Part shown: piece by piece, positions 27,991 through 39,667 of the stretch
Numbering within the stretch: the stretch's first letter is position 1
How the letters are laid out: each line of letters opens with the position of its first letter
Source: an uncultured Methylomirabilota bacterium
GTDB lineage: Bacteria > Methylomirabilota > Methylomirabilia > Methylomirabilales > 2-02-FULL-66-22
Assembly: GCA_963845565.1 (NCBI GenBank)
Contig: CAWJSJ010000002.1
Coordinates: forward strand, 672,001 to 736,000
Length of the DNA stretch: 64,000 nt
Direction of reading: 5' to 3'
Made by a program: the position numbers and the translations under genes
Notes under the pieces: model-generated
Seen by the model: the letters and a program-made list of their open reading frames with translations, nothing else
The model's database searches: none
Told to the model about the DNA's origin: nothing

Positions 27991-30426
27991 GTGAATCCGT
28001 CGAGTCCCGAGGCGCCCGCCCCCCGACCGCCGACCGCCGAAGACGAGGCGCTGCTCCAAGCCTTTCGCCAGCGGTATCCCTTTGCCCTGGATCCCTTTCA
28101 GGAGCAGGCGATCCGCTGGGTCCTGAGCGGGGAGTCGGTCCTGGTGGCCGCCCCCACCGGCGCCGGGAAGACGCTGATCGCCGAGTTCGCGATCTACCGG
28201 GCCCTGGCCGCCCAGCGCCGGATCATCTACACGACCCCCCTCAAGGCGCTGAGCAACCAGAAATACAGCGACTTCATCCGGCAGTACGGCGGCGACCTGG
28301 TGGGGATCCTCACCGGGGACGTGAAAGTCAACGCCGGGGCCCCCATCCTGGTGATGACCACCGAGATCCTGCGGAACCTGCTGTTCACCCAGCGGCCGCA
28401 GGACATCGCCACGGCAGTCCTGGACGAGTGCCACTACCTGGGTGACGAGGGACGGGGCACCGTCTGGGAAGAGATCGTCATCAACGCGCCCCCCACAACC
28501 CAACTGGTGGGCCTCTCGGCCACGGTCAGCAACCTGCACGAGATCGCCGCCTGGGTCGGCGAGGTCCACCGGCCCATCCACCCCATCGTCCACACGGTAC
28601 GGCCGGTCCCGCTCACGTACCTCCTCTGCCACCCGGACGGCGAGATCGCGACGCTGGACGCCCCGCATCGCGCGGCGGCGCCCGCGCCCCGGCTGCGGAT
28701 CCGTCCCCGCGGCTCGGGCCGCGACCGGGATGCCTTCCGCCGCCACTGGGAGCGCCGTCGGCCCGCCAGCCCGAACCGGGTCGTCCCGCAGCTTCGCGAG
28801 CGGCAGTGGCTCCCGGCCATCTATTTCATCTTCAGCCGCGCGGGATGCGAGCGCGCGCTGCGACGGTACCTGGAGGACGGCGACTCGCTCTTACCGTCGG
28901 AGCGGCGAGCCGAGGTGGACGAGGCGATCGCCAACACGCTGCGGGATTACCCGAGTATCGTGGCCGAGACCGAGGTCAACTCGCTCCTCTTCGCGGGGCT
29001 CCGCCATGGCGCGGGGATGCACCATGCCGGGATCCTGCCGGCGCTGAAGCGCTTGACCGAGATCCTCTTCGAGCGCGGACTGGCCAAGGTGGTCTTCGCC
29101 ACCGAGACCATGAGCCTGGGCATCCACATGCCGGCCCGGAGCGTGGTGATCCAGGGGGTCCGGAAACGCAGCGAGGCCGGCTTCCGCCGGCTCAGCCTGA
29201 ACGAGCTGACGCAGATGGCCGGGCGCGCCGGTCGGCGCGGGATCGACCCCGAGGGGAAGTGCCTGATCGCCCTCGACAGCCCCGAGGCCGAGGACGACAC
29301 GCGGCAACTGCTCCGCGGCGCGCCCGAGCCGATCCAGAGCCAGTTCCGCGTGGGCTACAGCTCGGCCGCGCTCCTGGTGGACCTGTACCGCGAGCCGGCC
29401 GCCGTCCGCCGGGTCATCGAATCCAGCTTCGGCCAGTTCCAGAACCGCCGGCAGATGGCGCGCCTGGAAGCGGAGCGGGCCGAGCTGCTGACGCGGCTGG
29501 CCAAGGCGGACGGCATCGAGTCGCCGTGCTGCACGCTGGTGGACCTGCTGCGCTATCGGGAGCAGCGGTCCGCCCTGGAGACGGAGCGCGAGCGGGTGCG
29601 GCGGTTGGGTTTGGGAGGGAAAGGCAAGGGCCGCCGGGGCGCGAGCGGGGGTGCGCCCTGGTCGGAAGGGCTCCATGAGGCCCGGCAGCGGCTGGAGGCG
29701 ATGGCGCTGGAGATGTCCCAGGTCCCCTGCCACCGCTGTCCGCACCGGGCCGCGCAGGAGCGCCAGCTCAAGCGATCCGACCGGGTCCGGCAAGCCCTGG
29801 AGGACCGGGGCCAGAGCCTGCGGGACCTGCGGGAATCCTACTGGGACCAATGTCTGCGGGTGGTGGAAGTGCTGCGCCACTTCGGCTGCCTGGACGGGGC
29901 GACGCTGTTGCCCGCGGGGCGGTTGATCGCCTCGCTTCGCCACGACAACGAGCTCCTGGTGGCCCGGGTGGCGTTTTCGGGGCTCCTCGACGGCCTGCCG
30001 CCGGCCGAGACGGCGGCGCTCCTGGCCTGCGTGGTGGAAGAGCCGCGGGAAACCGAGACGCTCTTCGCCCGGCAGGTCCTGAAGCGGCTGCCGCATCTCC
30101 GCCGGCGCGTGCAGGGGCTGGAGTCGCTGGCGGCCGAGGTCGACCGCGTCCAGCAGAGCCGGCGGGTGTTCCGGCCGGTCTCGATGCACACCACGTACCT
30201 GGCCGCCACCTACGAGTGGGCCGCGGGCGAGGAGGACTGGATCCGACTCATCCGCGACCACTTCGGCGGCCACGAGGGGGACCTGATCCGCGCCTTCCGC
30301 CGCCTCATCGACCTGTGTCGCCAGCTCGCCGAGAGCCCCGAGCTTCCCGTCGCCCTCCAGGTCGCGCTTCGCGCCGCCGTGAAGATGCTCGACCGCGGCA
30401 TCGTGCTGGAGTCGGCGCTGATTTGA
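27991..30426 (+). CDS. Ski2-like SF2 RNA helicase (HelY/DSHCT type)
   Basis: APTGAGKT, TPLKALSNQK, MTTEILRN, DECH, SAT, FIFSR, HHAG, QMAGRAGRRG, EGDLIR. Confidence 0.93.
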   Translation: MNPSSPEAPAPRPPTAEDEALLQAFRQRYPFALDPFQEQAIRWVLSGESVLVAAPTGAGKTLIAEFAIYRALAAQRRIIYTTPLKALSNQKYSDFIRQYGGDLVGILTGDVKVNAGAPILVMTTEILRNLLFTQRPQDIATAVLDECHYLGDEGRGTVWEEIVINAPPTTQLVGLSATVSNLHEIAAWVGEVHRPIHPIVHTVRPVPLTYLLCHPDGEIATLDAPHRAAAPAPRLRIRPRGSGRDRDAFRRHWERRRPASPNRVVPQLRERQWLPAIYFIFSRAGCERALRRYLEDGDSLLPSERRAEVDEAIANTLRDYPSIVAETEVNSLLFAGLRHGAGMHHAGILPALKRLTEILFERGLAKVVFATETMSLGIHMPARSVVIQGVRKRSEAGFRRLSLNELTQMAGRAGRRGIDPEGKCLIALDSPEAEDDTRQLLRGAPEPIQSQFRVGYSSAALLVDLYREPAAVRRVIESSFGQFQNRRQMARLEAERAELLTRLAKADGIESPCCTLVDLLRYREQRSALETERERVRRLGLGGKGKGRRGASGGAPWSEGLHEARQRLEAMALEMSQVPCHRCPHRAAQERQLKRSDRVRQALEDRGQSLRDLRESYWDQCLRVVEVLRHFGCLDGATLLPAGRLIASLRHDNELLVARVAFSGLLDGLPPAETAALLACVVEEPRETETLFARQVLKRLPHLRRRVQGLESLAAEVDRVQQSRRVFRPVSMHTTYLAATYEWAAGEEDWIRLIRDHFGGHEGDLIRAFRRLIDLCRQLAESPELPVALQVALRAAVKMLDRGIVLESALI

Positions 30427-30544
30427 GGCGCGTCGTCACCGCGCGCCGCCGCTCGCAGCGACTTCTTCCTTGCCTCGACGCCGCCGCCTCTGATATAAGC
30501 GAAACGCCCTGACCCTCCCAGTGTCCGCGCCATATGGGGCCCGA

Positions 30545-32730
30545 ATGCGATTCGCTCCTGCCGTGTTGGTCACGCTCCTCCTCGGTCTGTGTCTGGCGAT
30601 CACCAGCGAAGCGGCTGGGGATCTCTCGCGGGACGTGGAGCGCCTGGAGCAGTTGCGAGAGACCGTGAACGTGGACGCCGACCGGATCGAGTACGCCGAG
30701 GGCGTTCGGAAGATCCTGGCCAGCGGGAATGTCCGCGTGATCCTGGGGACCCGCTCGCTGTTTGCCGACGAGGTGTCGGTGGATCTCGACGATCAGGTCC
30801 TGATCGCCTCGGGTGGGGTGATCCTGATGGAGGGGATGAATCGTCTGGAGGGCGACCGGATCGAGTACAACTACCGGACCAACCTGGGCGTCATCACCAA
30901 CGGGCGCGCGACCCTGGACTCGGGCGTGACCTTCAGCGGGGTGGAGATCCGACGGGAAGGGGAGCGTCAGTATTCCGTGCGGGACGCGCGCTTCTCGAGT
31001 TGCCGCCCGTGCCAGCCCGAGCCGGAGATCCTGGATGTGGAGTTTCGGTCCGGCGAGGCGACCGTGTACCAAAACGAAATGATCACCACGCGCCACACCT
31101 CGCTCTGGGTCAAGGGCATCCCCGCCCTGTACTCCCCCGTCCTCGCGCTGCCCATCGGTGAGCGCCGGACGGGATTCCTCATTCCGCGTCTCAGTTATAG
31201 CGGCCACAACGGCTTCGGGGTCAGGCAGCCGTTCTTCTGGGCCATCGATCGCTCCCAGGATGCCACCATTACCCCGATCTATCGCACCAAGCGCGGCTTC
31301 GAGCTGGACGGAGAGTATCGCTACGTCCTGGACGAGCGCTCCCGAGGGGTCTTTCGGGGGCACTACTATTACGATCTCCTGTCCGGGAGCGCGCCCCCGA
31401 ATCGCGGGGACGCGACCTGGGTCCACGACCAGGTCCTGAGTCCCACCTGGACGCTCAAGGTGAATGCCAATTACCAAACGGACCGGACGGTCAATCGGGC
31501 CTTCATCGAGAACCCGACCGCGCAGCGCACTCAGGCCACGGTGGACTCCATCGCGTTCGTGTCCCAGTCGACCTCCCGCTACCTCTTCACCGGGCTGGTG
31601 GCGGCGTCCGAGGATCTGTCCGGTCCGTCCACCAACTGGCTGGTGCGGGCGCCGGAGGTAAATTTCCAGTGGCTGCCCGCCCCGCCCTTCGGGCTGCCCC
31701 TGGTGGCGGAGGGGAACACCTCGGCCGTGCTCTTTGCCCAGACCGACGAGACGAGCACGGGACGATTCGACCTCTATCCCGCGCTCCACCTCCCGCTCTC
31801 GCTGTCCCCCTGGCTGACATCGGCGACCAGCGTGGCCCTGCGCGAGACAGCCTATACGGCGTCCAACCAGGGAGGGGGAGGCGCCAATCGGCTGCTGTTC
31901 GAAGCGGGGCAACAGCTCAGCAGCCACCTCGCGCGGCGATTCGACCAGCCGGGCTTCGGGTTTCAGCGGTTGACCCACATCGTCGAACCCAGTGTGGGCT
32001 ACCTGTACATCCCGTGGGTGGATCAGGACTCGCTGCCGCAATTCAGCGGTGCCGACTTCGTCAGCGGCCAGAATCGGGTGGGGTACCGGTTGGCCAACCG
32101 GCTCCTGGCGCGCCGGGAGGCGGGGGGGAAGTCCGCAACTACGAGCTCGCCAGCTTCTCCATCGCCCAGAGCGTGAACCTTCAGCCGCAGACCCGGGAAT
32201 TCTCCAATCTGTACCTGGAGTCCCTGACGCCGGAGCGGGTGGATCAGGCGGTCACCGATGTGCGCCCGCTGCCAAAAAACGGGTTCAGCCAGGCGACGGA
32301 GCGCCGCTGGTCCAACCTGGTCGTCAAAACGTCGGTGAGCCCGCTGCCGGACCTCAGCCTGTACGGGACGGTGGCGGTCGACGTGCAGTCGCCGGACGTG
32401 GCGGGGATCAACTCGGGGATGGTGTTGCGATTCCTGGACGCCGTCACCTTGGACGTGGGGCAGTCCTATGTTCGAAAGGAGCGGATCGACGGCATCGTGG
32501 GGAAGCTCTCCTGGCGGATCACCCGCGAGCTCACCCTCGACTGGCTGACCAGATATGACATCGCGACCAACACCTTCTGGGAAAACACGGGACACCTCCG
32601 GTACAGCACGTGTTGTTGGAGCGCCACGTTGAATGTGACGAGCGTGGCGCAATCGGTCGGGGTGCCGGCCCAGACCAGCGTTTCGGTAGTCTTCGATCTG
32701 ATATCCCCGACCACGACACCCACCCGCTGA
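30545..32730 (+). CDS. lptD: LPS-assembly protein LptD with one apparent frameshift
   Basis: Signal peptide, ADRIEY beta-jellyroll, ERRTGFLIP, PFFWAI, HIVEP, Y.TCCW near the end. The two ORFs join if the G7 run at 32122-32128 is G8. Confidence 0.88.
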
Positions 32731-32795
32731 CGAGCCGGCCGCGCGCGTCGCGCCTTGTCCCGAGCGAATGCCCGGCTGACCCCGGAATATAAGAG

Positions 32796-32825
32796 TTGAC
32801 CAGGCGGGCGAAGCCTCTCTAGAAT
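32796..32825 (+). promoter_or_regulatory. Putative sigma70 promoter of the heme genes
   Basis: TTGACC-N18-TAGAAT. Confidence 0.5.
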
Positions 32826-32862
32826 ACCGCTCTCGTTGGTAGGATCCGGGAGGGGGGATTCA

Positions 32863-34020
32863 ATGCAGGGGAGTGTCACCCACGCGCCACGTTTGGTCGC
32901 CTGGGAGGTCACGCGGGCGTGCGACCTGGCGTGTCTCCATTGCCGTGCGGTGGCGCAACCGCACGCCGACCCGCGCCAGCTCTCCACGGACGAAGCCTTC
33001 CGGCTCGTCGACACTATCGCGACCTTCCGGCCTCCCGTGATCCTGATCCTGACCGGGGGCGATCCCCTGAAGCGCCCGGACATCTTCACCGTCGCCGCGC
33101 GAGCCAGTCAGGCCGGCCTCCGGGTGGTGATGTCGCCCAGCGGGACGCACGTCACCCCGGCCAGCGTGGCGGAGCTGAAGCGGGCCGGCGTCCAGCGTAT
33201 CTCGGTGAGCCTGGACGGGAGCGCGCCGGCGCTGCACGACAGCTTCCGGCAGGTGCCGGGCGCCTTCGAGCAGGCCATCGCGTCCCTGGCCTATGCCCGG
33301 GAAGGGGGACTGCCCTTCCAGATCAACACCACGGTGACCCGGCACAACCGGCACGACCTGGCAGACATGCTCCGGCTGGCGGTGGACCTGGGGGCCGCGA
33401 CCTGGGACGTCTTCATGCTGGTCCCCACCGGGCGCGGCAAGGTGCAAATGGAGATCACGCCCGAGGAGTACGAGGAGACTCTGCAGTGGGTCTACGGGGC
33501 CTCGCAGGGCGCCCCCATCCAGGTGAAGATGACCTGCGCCCCCCACTACAAGCGCATCCAGGTGCAGGAGCGCCGCCGGCAGCCCGCGGGCACGCGGCCC
33601 GCGCCGCCGGCGCACGGCTTCAGCCGAGGCTGTATGGCCGGGGTCGGCTTCTGCTTCGTCTCGCACATCGGCGAGGTGGGCGGTTGCGGCTACCTGCCGC
33701 TCCTGGCGGGCAACGTCCGGCAGGCGCCCCTGACGGAGATTTACCGGGAATCGCCCCTCTTCAAGAGCATCCGAGACGCCGACCTGCTGCAGGGGCGCTG
33801 CGGCATCTGCGAGTACCGGCTGCTGTGCGGGGGGTGTCGGGCGCGGGCCTTGGGGGCGACGGGGAACTACCTGGACGAGGAACCGTTCTGCACGTACCAG
33901 CCCGACCCGCGCGCCCCGCGGGAGCTGATCAACGTCGAGGATTTGCTGTCTCGGACACAGCCCCACGAAGGGCGACTCGAGGCCGTGCCGAACAAAGACT
34001 TCATCCCGCCGGCGTTCTGA
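32863..34020 (+). CDS. ahbD: Radical SAM/SPASM protein, AhbD (heme b synthase)-like
   Basis: [46 protein letters not shown]...CGGCRARA, and position before hemB/hemL. AhbC or other NirJ-like paralogs cannot be excluded. Confidence 0.72.
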   Translation: MQGSVTHAPRLVAWEVTRACDLACLHCRAVAQPHADPRQLSTDEAFRLVDTIATFRPPVILILTGGDPLKRPDIFTVAARASQAGLRVVMSPSGTHVTPASVAELKRAGVQRISVSLDGSAPALHDSFRQVPGAFEQAIASLAYAREGGLPFQINTTVTRHNRHDLADMLRLAVDLGAATWDVFMLVPTGRGKVQMEITPEEYEETLQWVYGASQGAPIQVKMTCAPHYKRIQVQERRRQPAGTRPAPPAHGFSRGCMAGVGFCFVSHIGEVGGCGYLPLLAGNVRQAPLTEIYRESPLFKSIRDADLLQGRCGICEYRLLCGGCRARALGATGNYLDEEPFCTYQPDPRAPRELINVEDLLSRTQPHEGRLEAVPNKDFIPPAF

Positions 34021-34148
34021 CCGGGCGCCGCCACGAGACAAAAAGACAACGGGTAACGAACAGGGGGCACCCCGTACGAGGAATGCTCCGGCGCTGGCCG
34101 GGTGTCGAAGGTCGACCTCTTACGTTCCATTTCCCCCCGGAGCTGACG

Positions 34149-35132
34149 ATGCACTATCCGATCTACCGCCCGCGACGCCTGCGGGAATCCGAGACGATCC
34201 GCCGCATGGTCCGCGAGACGCGGCTCTCCGTGGACGGTTTCGTGATGCCGTTCTTCGTCACGCACGGCCACGGGGTGCGCCGCGAGATCACCTCCATGCC
34301 GGGAAATTTCCAGCTGTCCGTGGACGAGCTGGTGCGGGAAGTCAAGGAGACGGCCGCCCTGGGGGTCCCGGCGGTGCTCCTCTTCGGCCTGCCTGCCAAC
34401 AAGGACGCCGTCGGCTCCGAGGCGTACGCGCGGGACGGGATCGTCCAGCAGGCGACCCGGGCCATCAAGGACTCCGTGTCGGACCTCCTGGTCATCACGG
34501 ACGTCTGCCTGTGCGAGTACACCAGCCACGGCCACTGTGGTGTGGTGGAGCGCGGACGGATCAAGAACGACCCCACGCTGGATCTCTTGGCCCGGACCGC
34601 CCTCTCCCACGCCGAGGCGGGCGCGGACGTCGTTGCCCCCTCGGACATGATGGACGGGCGTGTGGCGGCGATCCGGGAGGCGCTGGACGAGAGCGGGTGC
34701 GAGGAGACGCCCATCCTGGCGTACGCCGCGAAGTACGCCAGCAGCTTCTACGGCCCGTTCCGCGAGGCGGCAGGGTCGGCGCCGCAGTTCGGCGACCGCC
34801 GTTCCTACCAGATGGACCCGGCCAACGGCGACGAGGCGCTGCGCGAGGTGGCGCTGGACCTGGACGAGGGGGCCGACATGGTCATCGTCAAGCCCGCGCT
34901 TCCCTACCTCGATATCGTGTGGCGGGTGAAGGCGGAGTTCGGCGTCCCCGTGGCCGCCTACAACGTCAGCGGGGAGTTCGCCATGCTGAAGGCGGCCGCG
35001 CAGCAGGGATGGCTGGACGAGGAGCGGGCCATGCTGGAGATGCTCACCGCCATCAAGCGGGCGGGGGCCGACCTGATCGTGACCTACTTCGCCCGGGATG
35101 CGGCGCGCGCGCTTCGACAACAGGCGCGGTAG
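34149..35132 (+). CDS. hemB: Porphobilinogen synthase (Zn type)
   Basis: [56 protein letters not shown]. Confidence 0.97.
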   Translation: MHYPIYRPRRLRESETIRRMVRETRLSVDGFVMPFFVTHGHGVRREITSMPGNFQLSVDELVREVKETAALGVPAVLLFGLPANKDAVGSEAYARDGIVQQATRAIKDSVSDLLVITDVCLCEYTSHGHCGVVERGRIKNDPTLDLLARTALSHAEAGADVVAPSDMMDGRVAAIREALDESGCEETPILAYAAKYASSFYGPFREAAGSAPQFGDRRSYQMDPANGDEALREVALDLDEGADMVIVKPALPYLDIVWRVKAEFGVPVAAYNVSGEFAMLKAAAQQGWLDEERAMLEMLTAIKRAGADLIVTYFARDAARALRQQAR

Positions 35133-35226
35133 GGGGTTGGTGGCATGCGGGCTTCGGCGTGCGGAAGACACGCACCAGGGCCGCGTTCCGGTGGCGGGGG
35201 CTGACAGCAGGCGAGGACAACGCGGT

Positions 35227-35334
35227 CGGCAAGCCGTTGTCAAAGAACAAATTGAGCGGAGACACTCCGAAACGGCATAAGGAGCCGTAACGAAATAGAA
35301 AGAGATGTATAGGTTATTTCGTAACGGCTCCTAA
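35227..35334. repeat. Intergenic repeat family B, copy 1
   Basis: CGGCAAGCCGTTGTCAAAGAA...CGGCATAAGGAGCCGTAACGAAAT-N-ATTTCGTAACGGCTCCTAA. Also at 37737 and 43449. Confidence 0.88.
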
Positions 35335-35344
35335 CGGAGGAGGC

Positions 35345-36625
35345 ATGGGGGAGCGCTCTCGGCAATTGTTCCAGGAGGCGGCCCGGTATTTCCCCGGGGG
35401 TGTGAACAGTCCGGTGCGGGCGTTCCGCGCCGTCGGCGGGGAGCCGTTCTTCGTGGCCCGCGCGCTCGGCAGTCGGGTCACCGACGTGGACGGGCGGACC
35501 TACATCGACTACGTCGGGTCGTGGGGGCCCATGATCCTGGGCCACGCCCATCCGCGCGTGGTGGGCGCCATCCAGGCGGCCGCCGAGGCAGGCACCAGCT
35601 ACGGGGCGCCGACCGAACTGGAGACGCGCTTGGCCCAGCTGATCCAGGCGGCCGTCCCCAGCCTGGAGCGAATGCGCTTCGTGAGTTCGGGGACGGAAGC
35701 CTGCATGAGCGCCCTCCGGGTCGCCCGCGGCTTCACGGGGCGCTCCGCCATCGTGAAATTCGAGGGGGGGTACCACGGTCACGCCGACAGTCTGCTGGTG
35801 AAGGCGGGTTCGGGCGCCATGACCTTCGGCGTGCCGGATTCCCTGGGCGTACCGGAGGCCATCGCCCGCGCGACACTGACCCTGCCCTTCAATGATCTCG
35901 ACGCGATGCGGGCCGTGTTTGCCGCGCGCGGGCGCGAGATCGCGGCGGTCATCGTGGAGCCGGTGGCGGGCAACATGGGCGTGGTCCCGCCGCAACCGGG
36001 TTTCCTGGAGGGGCTGCGCGAGATCACGCGGGCGGACGGCGCCCTCTTGCTCTTCGACGAGGTCATCACGGGTTTCCGGGTCGCCATGGGCGGTGCGCAG
36101 CAGCGCTACGGGGTTACCCCCGATATGACCTGCCTGGGGAAGATCGTTGGCGGCGGCCTTCCCGTCGGGGTGTACGGCGGCCGTGCCGAGATCATGGAGC
36201 AGGTGGCGCCGTTGGGCGGCATCTACCAGGCGGGGACGCTCTCGGGCAACCCCGTGGCCATGGCAGCGGGGATCGCCACCCTGGAGGCACTCCGGGCGCC
36301 GGGCACCTATCAGGCGCTCGAGACGATGGGCGCGCGGTTGGCGGATGGGCTGATCGCCGCGGCGGCAGAGGCGGGGCTGGCCGCGCAGATCAACCGCGTG
36401 GGCTCGATGCTGACGGGGTTCTTCACCGCGACTCCGGTCACGGACTACGCCACGGCCAAGACGGCGGACGCCGCGCGATACGGAACGTTCTTCCGCGCCA
36501 TGCTGGAGCGGGGGGTGAGCCTGGCACCGTCGCAATTCGAGGCGGCTTTTCTCTCGTTGGCCCACACGACGGACGACGTGGACGTGACCATCGCGGCGGC
36601 GCGGGAGGCGTTGACATCGCATTGA
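35345..36625 (+). CDS. hemL: Glutamate-1-semialdehyde 2,1-aminomutase
   Basis: [52 protein letters not shown]. Confidence 0.97.
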   Translation: MGERSRQLFQEAARYFPGGVNSPVRAFRAVGGEPFFVARALGSRVTDVDGRTYIDYVGSWGPMILGHAHPRVVGAIQAAAEAGTSYGAPTELETRLAQLIQAAVPSLERMRFVSSGTEACMSALRVARGFTGRSAIVKFEGGYHGHADSLLVKAGSGAMTFGVPDSLGVPEAIARATLTLPFNDLDAMRAVFAARGREIAAVIVEPVAGNMGVVPPQPGFLEGLREITRADGALLLFDEVITGFRVAMGGAQQRYGVTPDMTCLGKIVGGGLPVGVYGGRAEIMEQVAPLGGIYQAGTLSGNPVAMAAGIATLEALRAPGTYQALETMGARLADGLIAAAAEAGLAAQINRVGSMLTGFFTATPVTDYATAKTADAARYGTFFRAMLERGVSLAPSQFEAAFLSLAHTTDDVDVTIAAAREALTSH

Positions 36626-36717
36626 ACTGAATGGACGGACGTGGTCCTGCGTCTGAGTCGTGAGACGGCGCTCGGCGCGCCCGGGGGGCGCCCGGCGGTC
36701 GAAAGGAGGTGAAGCGA

Positions 36718-37068
36718 ATGCAGCGCACGTGGAAGTCATGGCTGTGGTGTGCGGCGGTGCTCATGCTGATCGGGTTCGCGGGCGGCATCCTGACCCAGCA
36801 GGCGTGGGCCCAGGCCAAGGGACCTGCCGATTTCGACTTCGGCGGCGGATCTGAAGGGAAGGTGACCTTCAGTCACGAGAAACACTCGGCCAAGAGTCCG
36901 AAGTGCACCGATTGCCATACCAAGCTTTTCAAGATGGCCAAGGGGCAGCGATCGGCCCCCAAGATGGCCGACATGGAGAAGGGGCAGGCCTGCGGGTCGT
37001 GTCATAACGGTCAGGCCGCGTTCAGCGTCAAGGAGAAGGCCGACTGCGCCAAGTGTCACAAGAAGTAG
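36718..37068 (+). CDS. Periplasmic triheme c7-type cytochrome
   Basis: Signal peptide, VTFSHEKH, CTDCH, CGSCH, CAKCH. M..M..G..CG.CH.G..AF pattern of His/Met c7 domains. Confidence 0.92.
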   Translation: MQRTWKSWLWCAAVLMLIGFAGGILTQQAWAQAKGPADFDFGGGSEGKVTFSHEKHSAKSPKCTDCHTKLFKMAKGQRSAPKMADMEKGQACGSCHNGQAAFSVKEKADCAKCHKK

Positions 37069-37089
37069 CGGTCCTCGGCGTTCCGATCC

Positions 37090-37124
37090 CGAAGCCCACC
37101 CCGGTTGTTCCGGGGTGGGCTTCG
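37090..37124 (+). terminator. Stem-loop after the c7 gene
   Basis: CGAAGCCCACCCCGG-TTGTT-CCGGGGTGGGCTTCG, a 15-bp perfect stem. Confidence 0.75.
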
Positions 37125-37201
37125 CGTCTTCCGTGGCGCGCCACGTCCTGCCCCATTTGTCTGCCAGGCCGTTTCCCTTGGGCGGAGACGCCCATTTTTG
37201 G

Positions 37202-37229
37202 TTGACTTCACCGCCTCCGGGACTATCAT
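37202..37229 (+). promoter_or_regulatory. Putative sigma70 promoter of the NuoE/F-like operon
   Basis: TTGACT-N16-TATCAT. Confidence 0.5.
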
Positions 37230-37269
37230 CCGCCCCTGCGCGAGGTTCCAGCGCGTCGAGGAGGTTTCC

Positions 37270-37791
37270 ATGCAGATGGTGGCGAGCACGTATTTCGAGC
37301 AGGGCACCGTCGAGCTCTGCGCCGGCGATGCCAGTCAGGTGATCCCGCTTCTGCAGGTGGTGCAGGAGAAGACCGGCTACATTCCCGAGGACGCCATCGG
37401 CGCCATCGGCGAGATCACCGGGGCGGCGCCGAGCGACATTTATAGCGTGATCACCTTCTACAAGCAGTTCCGACTCCTACCGCCCGGCAAATTCACGATC
37501 AAGCTGTGCGACGGGACGGCCTGCCACGTGATGGGCTCCGTCACGCTCCTCAACGTGATCGTGGACGAACTCAAACTCGAAACCGGCGACACCACCCGGG
37601 ACGGGCTGTTCACCATCAGTCCGGTGGCCTGCGTGGGTTGCTGCAGCCTGGCCCCGGTCATCATGATCAACGAGGAGACCTACGGGGGCCTCACACCTCA
37701 GAAGGTGCGCAAGATCCTCAAGGACTACCAGCGCCGCGGCAAGCCGTTGTCAAAGAATAAGCCGACCGGAGAAATTCCGGAAACGGCATAA
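37270..37791 (+). CDS. NuoE/HydC-like [2Fe-2S] subunit (BfuC-like)
   Basis: IPLLQ.VQ...GYIP, TFYKQF, CDGTACH, CVGCCSLAP. Confidence 0.93.
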   Translation: MQMVASTYFEQGTVELCAGDASQVIPLLQVVQEKTGYIPEDAIGAIGEITGAAPSDIYSVITFYKQFRLLPPGKFTIKLCDGTACHVMGSVTLLNVIVDELKLETGDTTRDGLFTISPVACVGCCSLAPVIMINEETYGGLTPQKVRKILKDYQRRGKPLSKNKPTGEIPETA

Positions 37792-37845
37792 GGAGCCGTA
37801 ACGAAATTACAAGAAATGGACAAGGTATTTCGTAACGGCTCCTAA
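37737..37845. repeat. Intergenic repeat family B, copy 2 (overlaps the 3' end of the NuoE-like gene)
   Basis: Colinear with 35227-35334. Encodes KPLSKNKPTGEIPETA* of the upstream CDS. Confidence 0.88.
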
Positions 37846-37867
37846 GGCGAAGTGAGGGGATAGGCCC

Positions 37868-39634
37868 ATGCTGAAGATCACGGTTGGGATGGCCACCTGC
37901 GGCGTGTCCGCGGGGGCGGCGAAGGTGTTCGAGACCTTCCGGGGCCTCGTGGAGGGAGACGGCGGCACGGCGACCCTCGGTTCCACCGGCTGTCTCGGGA
38001 TGTGCTACCGTGAGCCGCTGGTCGAGATCGACGACGGGAAGACCAAGTACCTCTACGGCAACGTGGACGAGAAGACGGCCCGGGCCATCTTCCGGGGCCA
38101 CGTCCTGGGCGGGACGCCCGTGGAGGCGCATCTGGTCCTCCGCGACTTCACCGAGGGTCCCGAGCAGGGGTATCTCGCCCGGCAGGTCAAGATCGTGCTG
38201 CGCAACTGCGGGTACCTCGATCCCGACTCCATCGAGGACTACGAGCGGCGCGACGGGTACCGGGCCATCCGCAAGGTCCTCGCCGAGATGACCCCCGAGC
38301 AGGTCATCCAGACGATCGCCGACTCGGGGCTGCGCGGTCGGGGCGGGGCGGGGTTCCCGACCGGCCAGAAGTGGAAGTTCGGGCGTGGGGCCCCCGGGAC
38401 CGAGAAGTACGTCGTCTGCAACGCCGACGAGGGGGATCCCGGCGCCTTCATGGACCGGAGCGTCCTGGAGGGGGATCCCCACACCGTGCTGGAAGGCATG
38501 ATGATCGCCGCGTATGCCATCGGGGCCAGCCACGGGTACGTCTATTGTCGGGCCGAGTACCCGCTGGCGGTGAAGCGGCTCAAGCGCGCCATTGCGCTGC
38601 TCACGGAAAAGGGCTACCTGGGCCGGAACATCTTCGGCTCCTCGATGTGCTTCGACGTGAAACTCAAGGAGGGGGCCGGCGCCTTCGTGTGCGGCGAGGA
38701 GACGGCGCTCATCGCCTCCATCGAGGGCAAGCGCGGGACGCCGCGGCCGCGGCCCCCCTTCCCGGCCGTCAAGGGGCTGTGGGGCAAACCCACCAGCATC
38801 AATAACGTCGAGACCTTCGCCAACGTGCCCTGGATCATCCTGAACGGCGCCGCCAAATATGCCGCCTGGGGAACCGAGAAGAGCAAGGGGACCAAGGTCT
38901 TCGCGGTCGCCGGGCGGGCCAAGCGCACCGGCTTGGTGGAGGTCCCCATGGGGATCACCATCGGCGAGGTCGTGAACGAGGTCTGCGGCGGCATCAAGGA
39001 GAACAAGCGGTTCAAGGCGGTGCAGATGGGCGGCCCCTCCGGCGGCTGCATCCCGGCGTCGCTGGGCGGGACGCAGATCGACTACGACCAGATCACCAAG
39101 ACGGGCGCCATCATGGGCTCGGGCGGCATGGTGGTGATGGACGAGACCACCTGCATGGTGGAGATGGCCCGCTTCTTCCTGCAGTTTACCCAGAACGAAT
39201 CCTGCGGCAAGTGCACCTCCTGCCGCATCGGCACGTTGCGCATGCTGGAGATTCTGGAGCAGATCGTGCTGGGGAAAGGCACCGAAGAGGATTTGGCGCA
39301 CCTGGAGGAGATCGCCCGCTTCGTCAAGGGCAGCTCCCAGTGCGGGCTGGGACAGACCGCGCCCAACCCGGTGCTGACCACGCTGCGCTACTTCCGCGAC
39401 GAGTACGAGGCGCACATCCGGGACCGCCGCTGCCCGGCGCACCAGTGCACGGCGCTGGTGAAATTCGTCATCGATCACGAGAAATGCAACGGGTGCATGC
39501 TGTGCGCCCGCCAGTGCCCCGCCCACTGCATCATCGGGGAGAAGAAGCAGCCGCACACCATCGTCGAGGATCAGTGCACCAAGTGCGGCAAGTGTTTCAC
39601 GGTCTGCAGCTCTGACGCGATCTACAAAGATTGA
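37868..39634 (+). CDS. NuoF/HydB-like FMN/NADH subunit with N-terminal [2Fe-2S] and C-terminal 2x[4Fe-4S] (BfuB-like)
   Basis: TCG.SAGA, GCLGMC, GLRGRGGAGFP, NADEGDPGAFMDR, GEETAL, GGPSGGC, ESCGKCTSCR, two CxxCxxCxxxC. Confidence 0.95.
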   Translation: MLKITVGMATCGVSAGAAKVFETFRGLVEGDGGTATLGSTGCLGMCYREPLVEIDDGKTKYLYGNVDEKTARAIFRGHVLGGTPVEAHLVLRDFTEGPEQGYLARQVKIVLRNCGYLDPDSIEDYERRDGYRAIRKVLAEMTPEQVIQTIADSGLRGRGGAGFPTGQKWKFGRGAPGTEKYVVCNADEGDPGAFMDRSVLEGDPHTVLEGMMIAAYAIGASHGYVYCRAEYPLAVKRLKRAIALLTEKGYLGRNIFGSSMCFDVKLKEGAGAFVCGEETALIASIEGKRGTPRPRPPFPAVKGLWGKPTSINNVETFANVPWIILNGAAKYAAWGTEKSKGTKVFAVAGRAKRTGLVEVPMGITIGEVVNEVCGGIKENKRFKAVQMGGPSGGCIPASLGGTQIDYDQITKTGAIMGSGGMVVMDETTCMVEMARFFLQFTQNESCGKCTSCRIGTLRMLEILEQIVLGKGTEEDLAHLEEIARFVKGSSQCGLGQTAPNPVLTTLRYFRDEYEAHIRDRRCPAHQCTALVKFVIDHEKCNGCMLCARQCPAHCIIGEKKQPHTIVEDQCTKCGKCFTVCSSDAIYKD

Positions 39635-39667
39635 CGACCGGGAACCGCCAAGCGACAAGCCGCTTTG

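Noticed and set aside
32919..35132. 737-aa ORF suggesting a long N-terminal fusion to HemB
   Set aside because: The upstream part is an off-frame shadow of the radical SAM gene. HemB similarity starts at the ATG at 34149 with its own GGAG.
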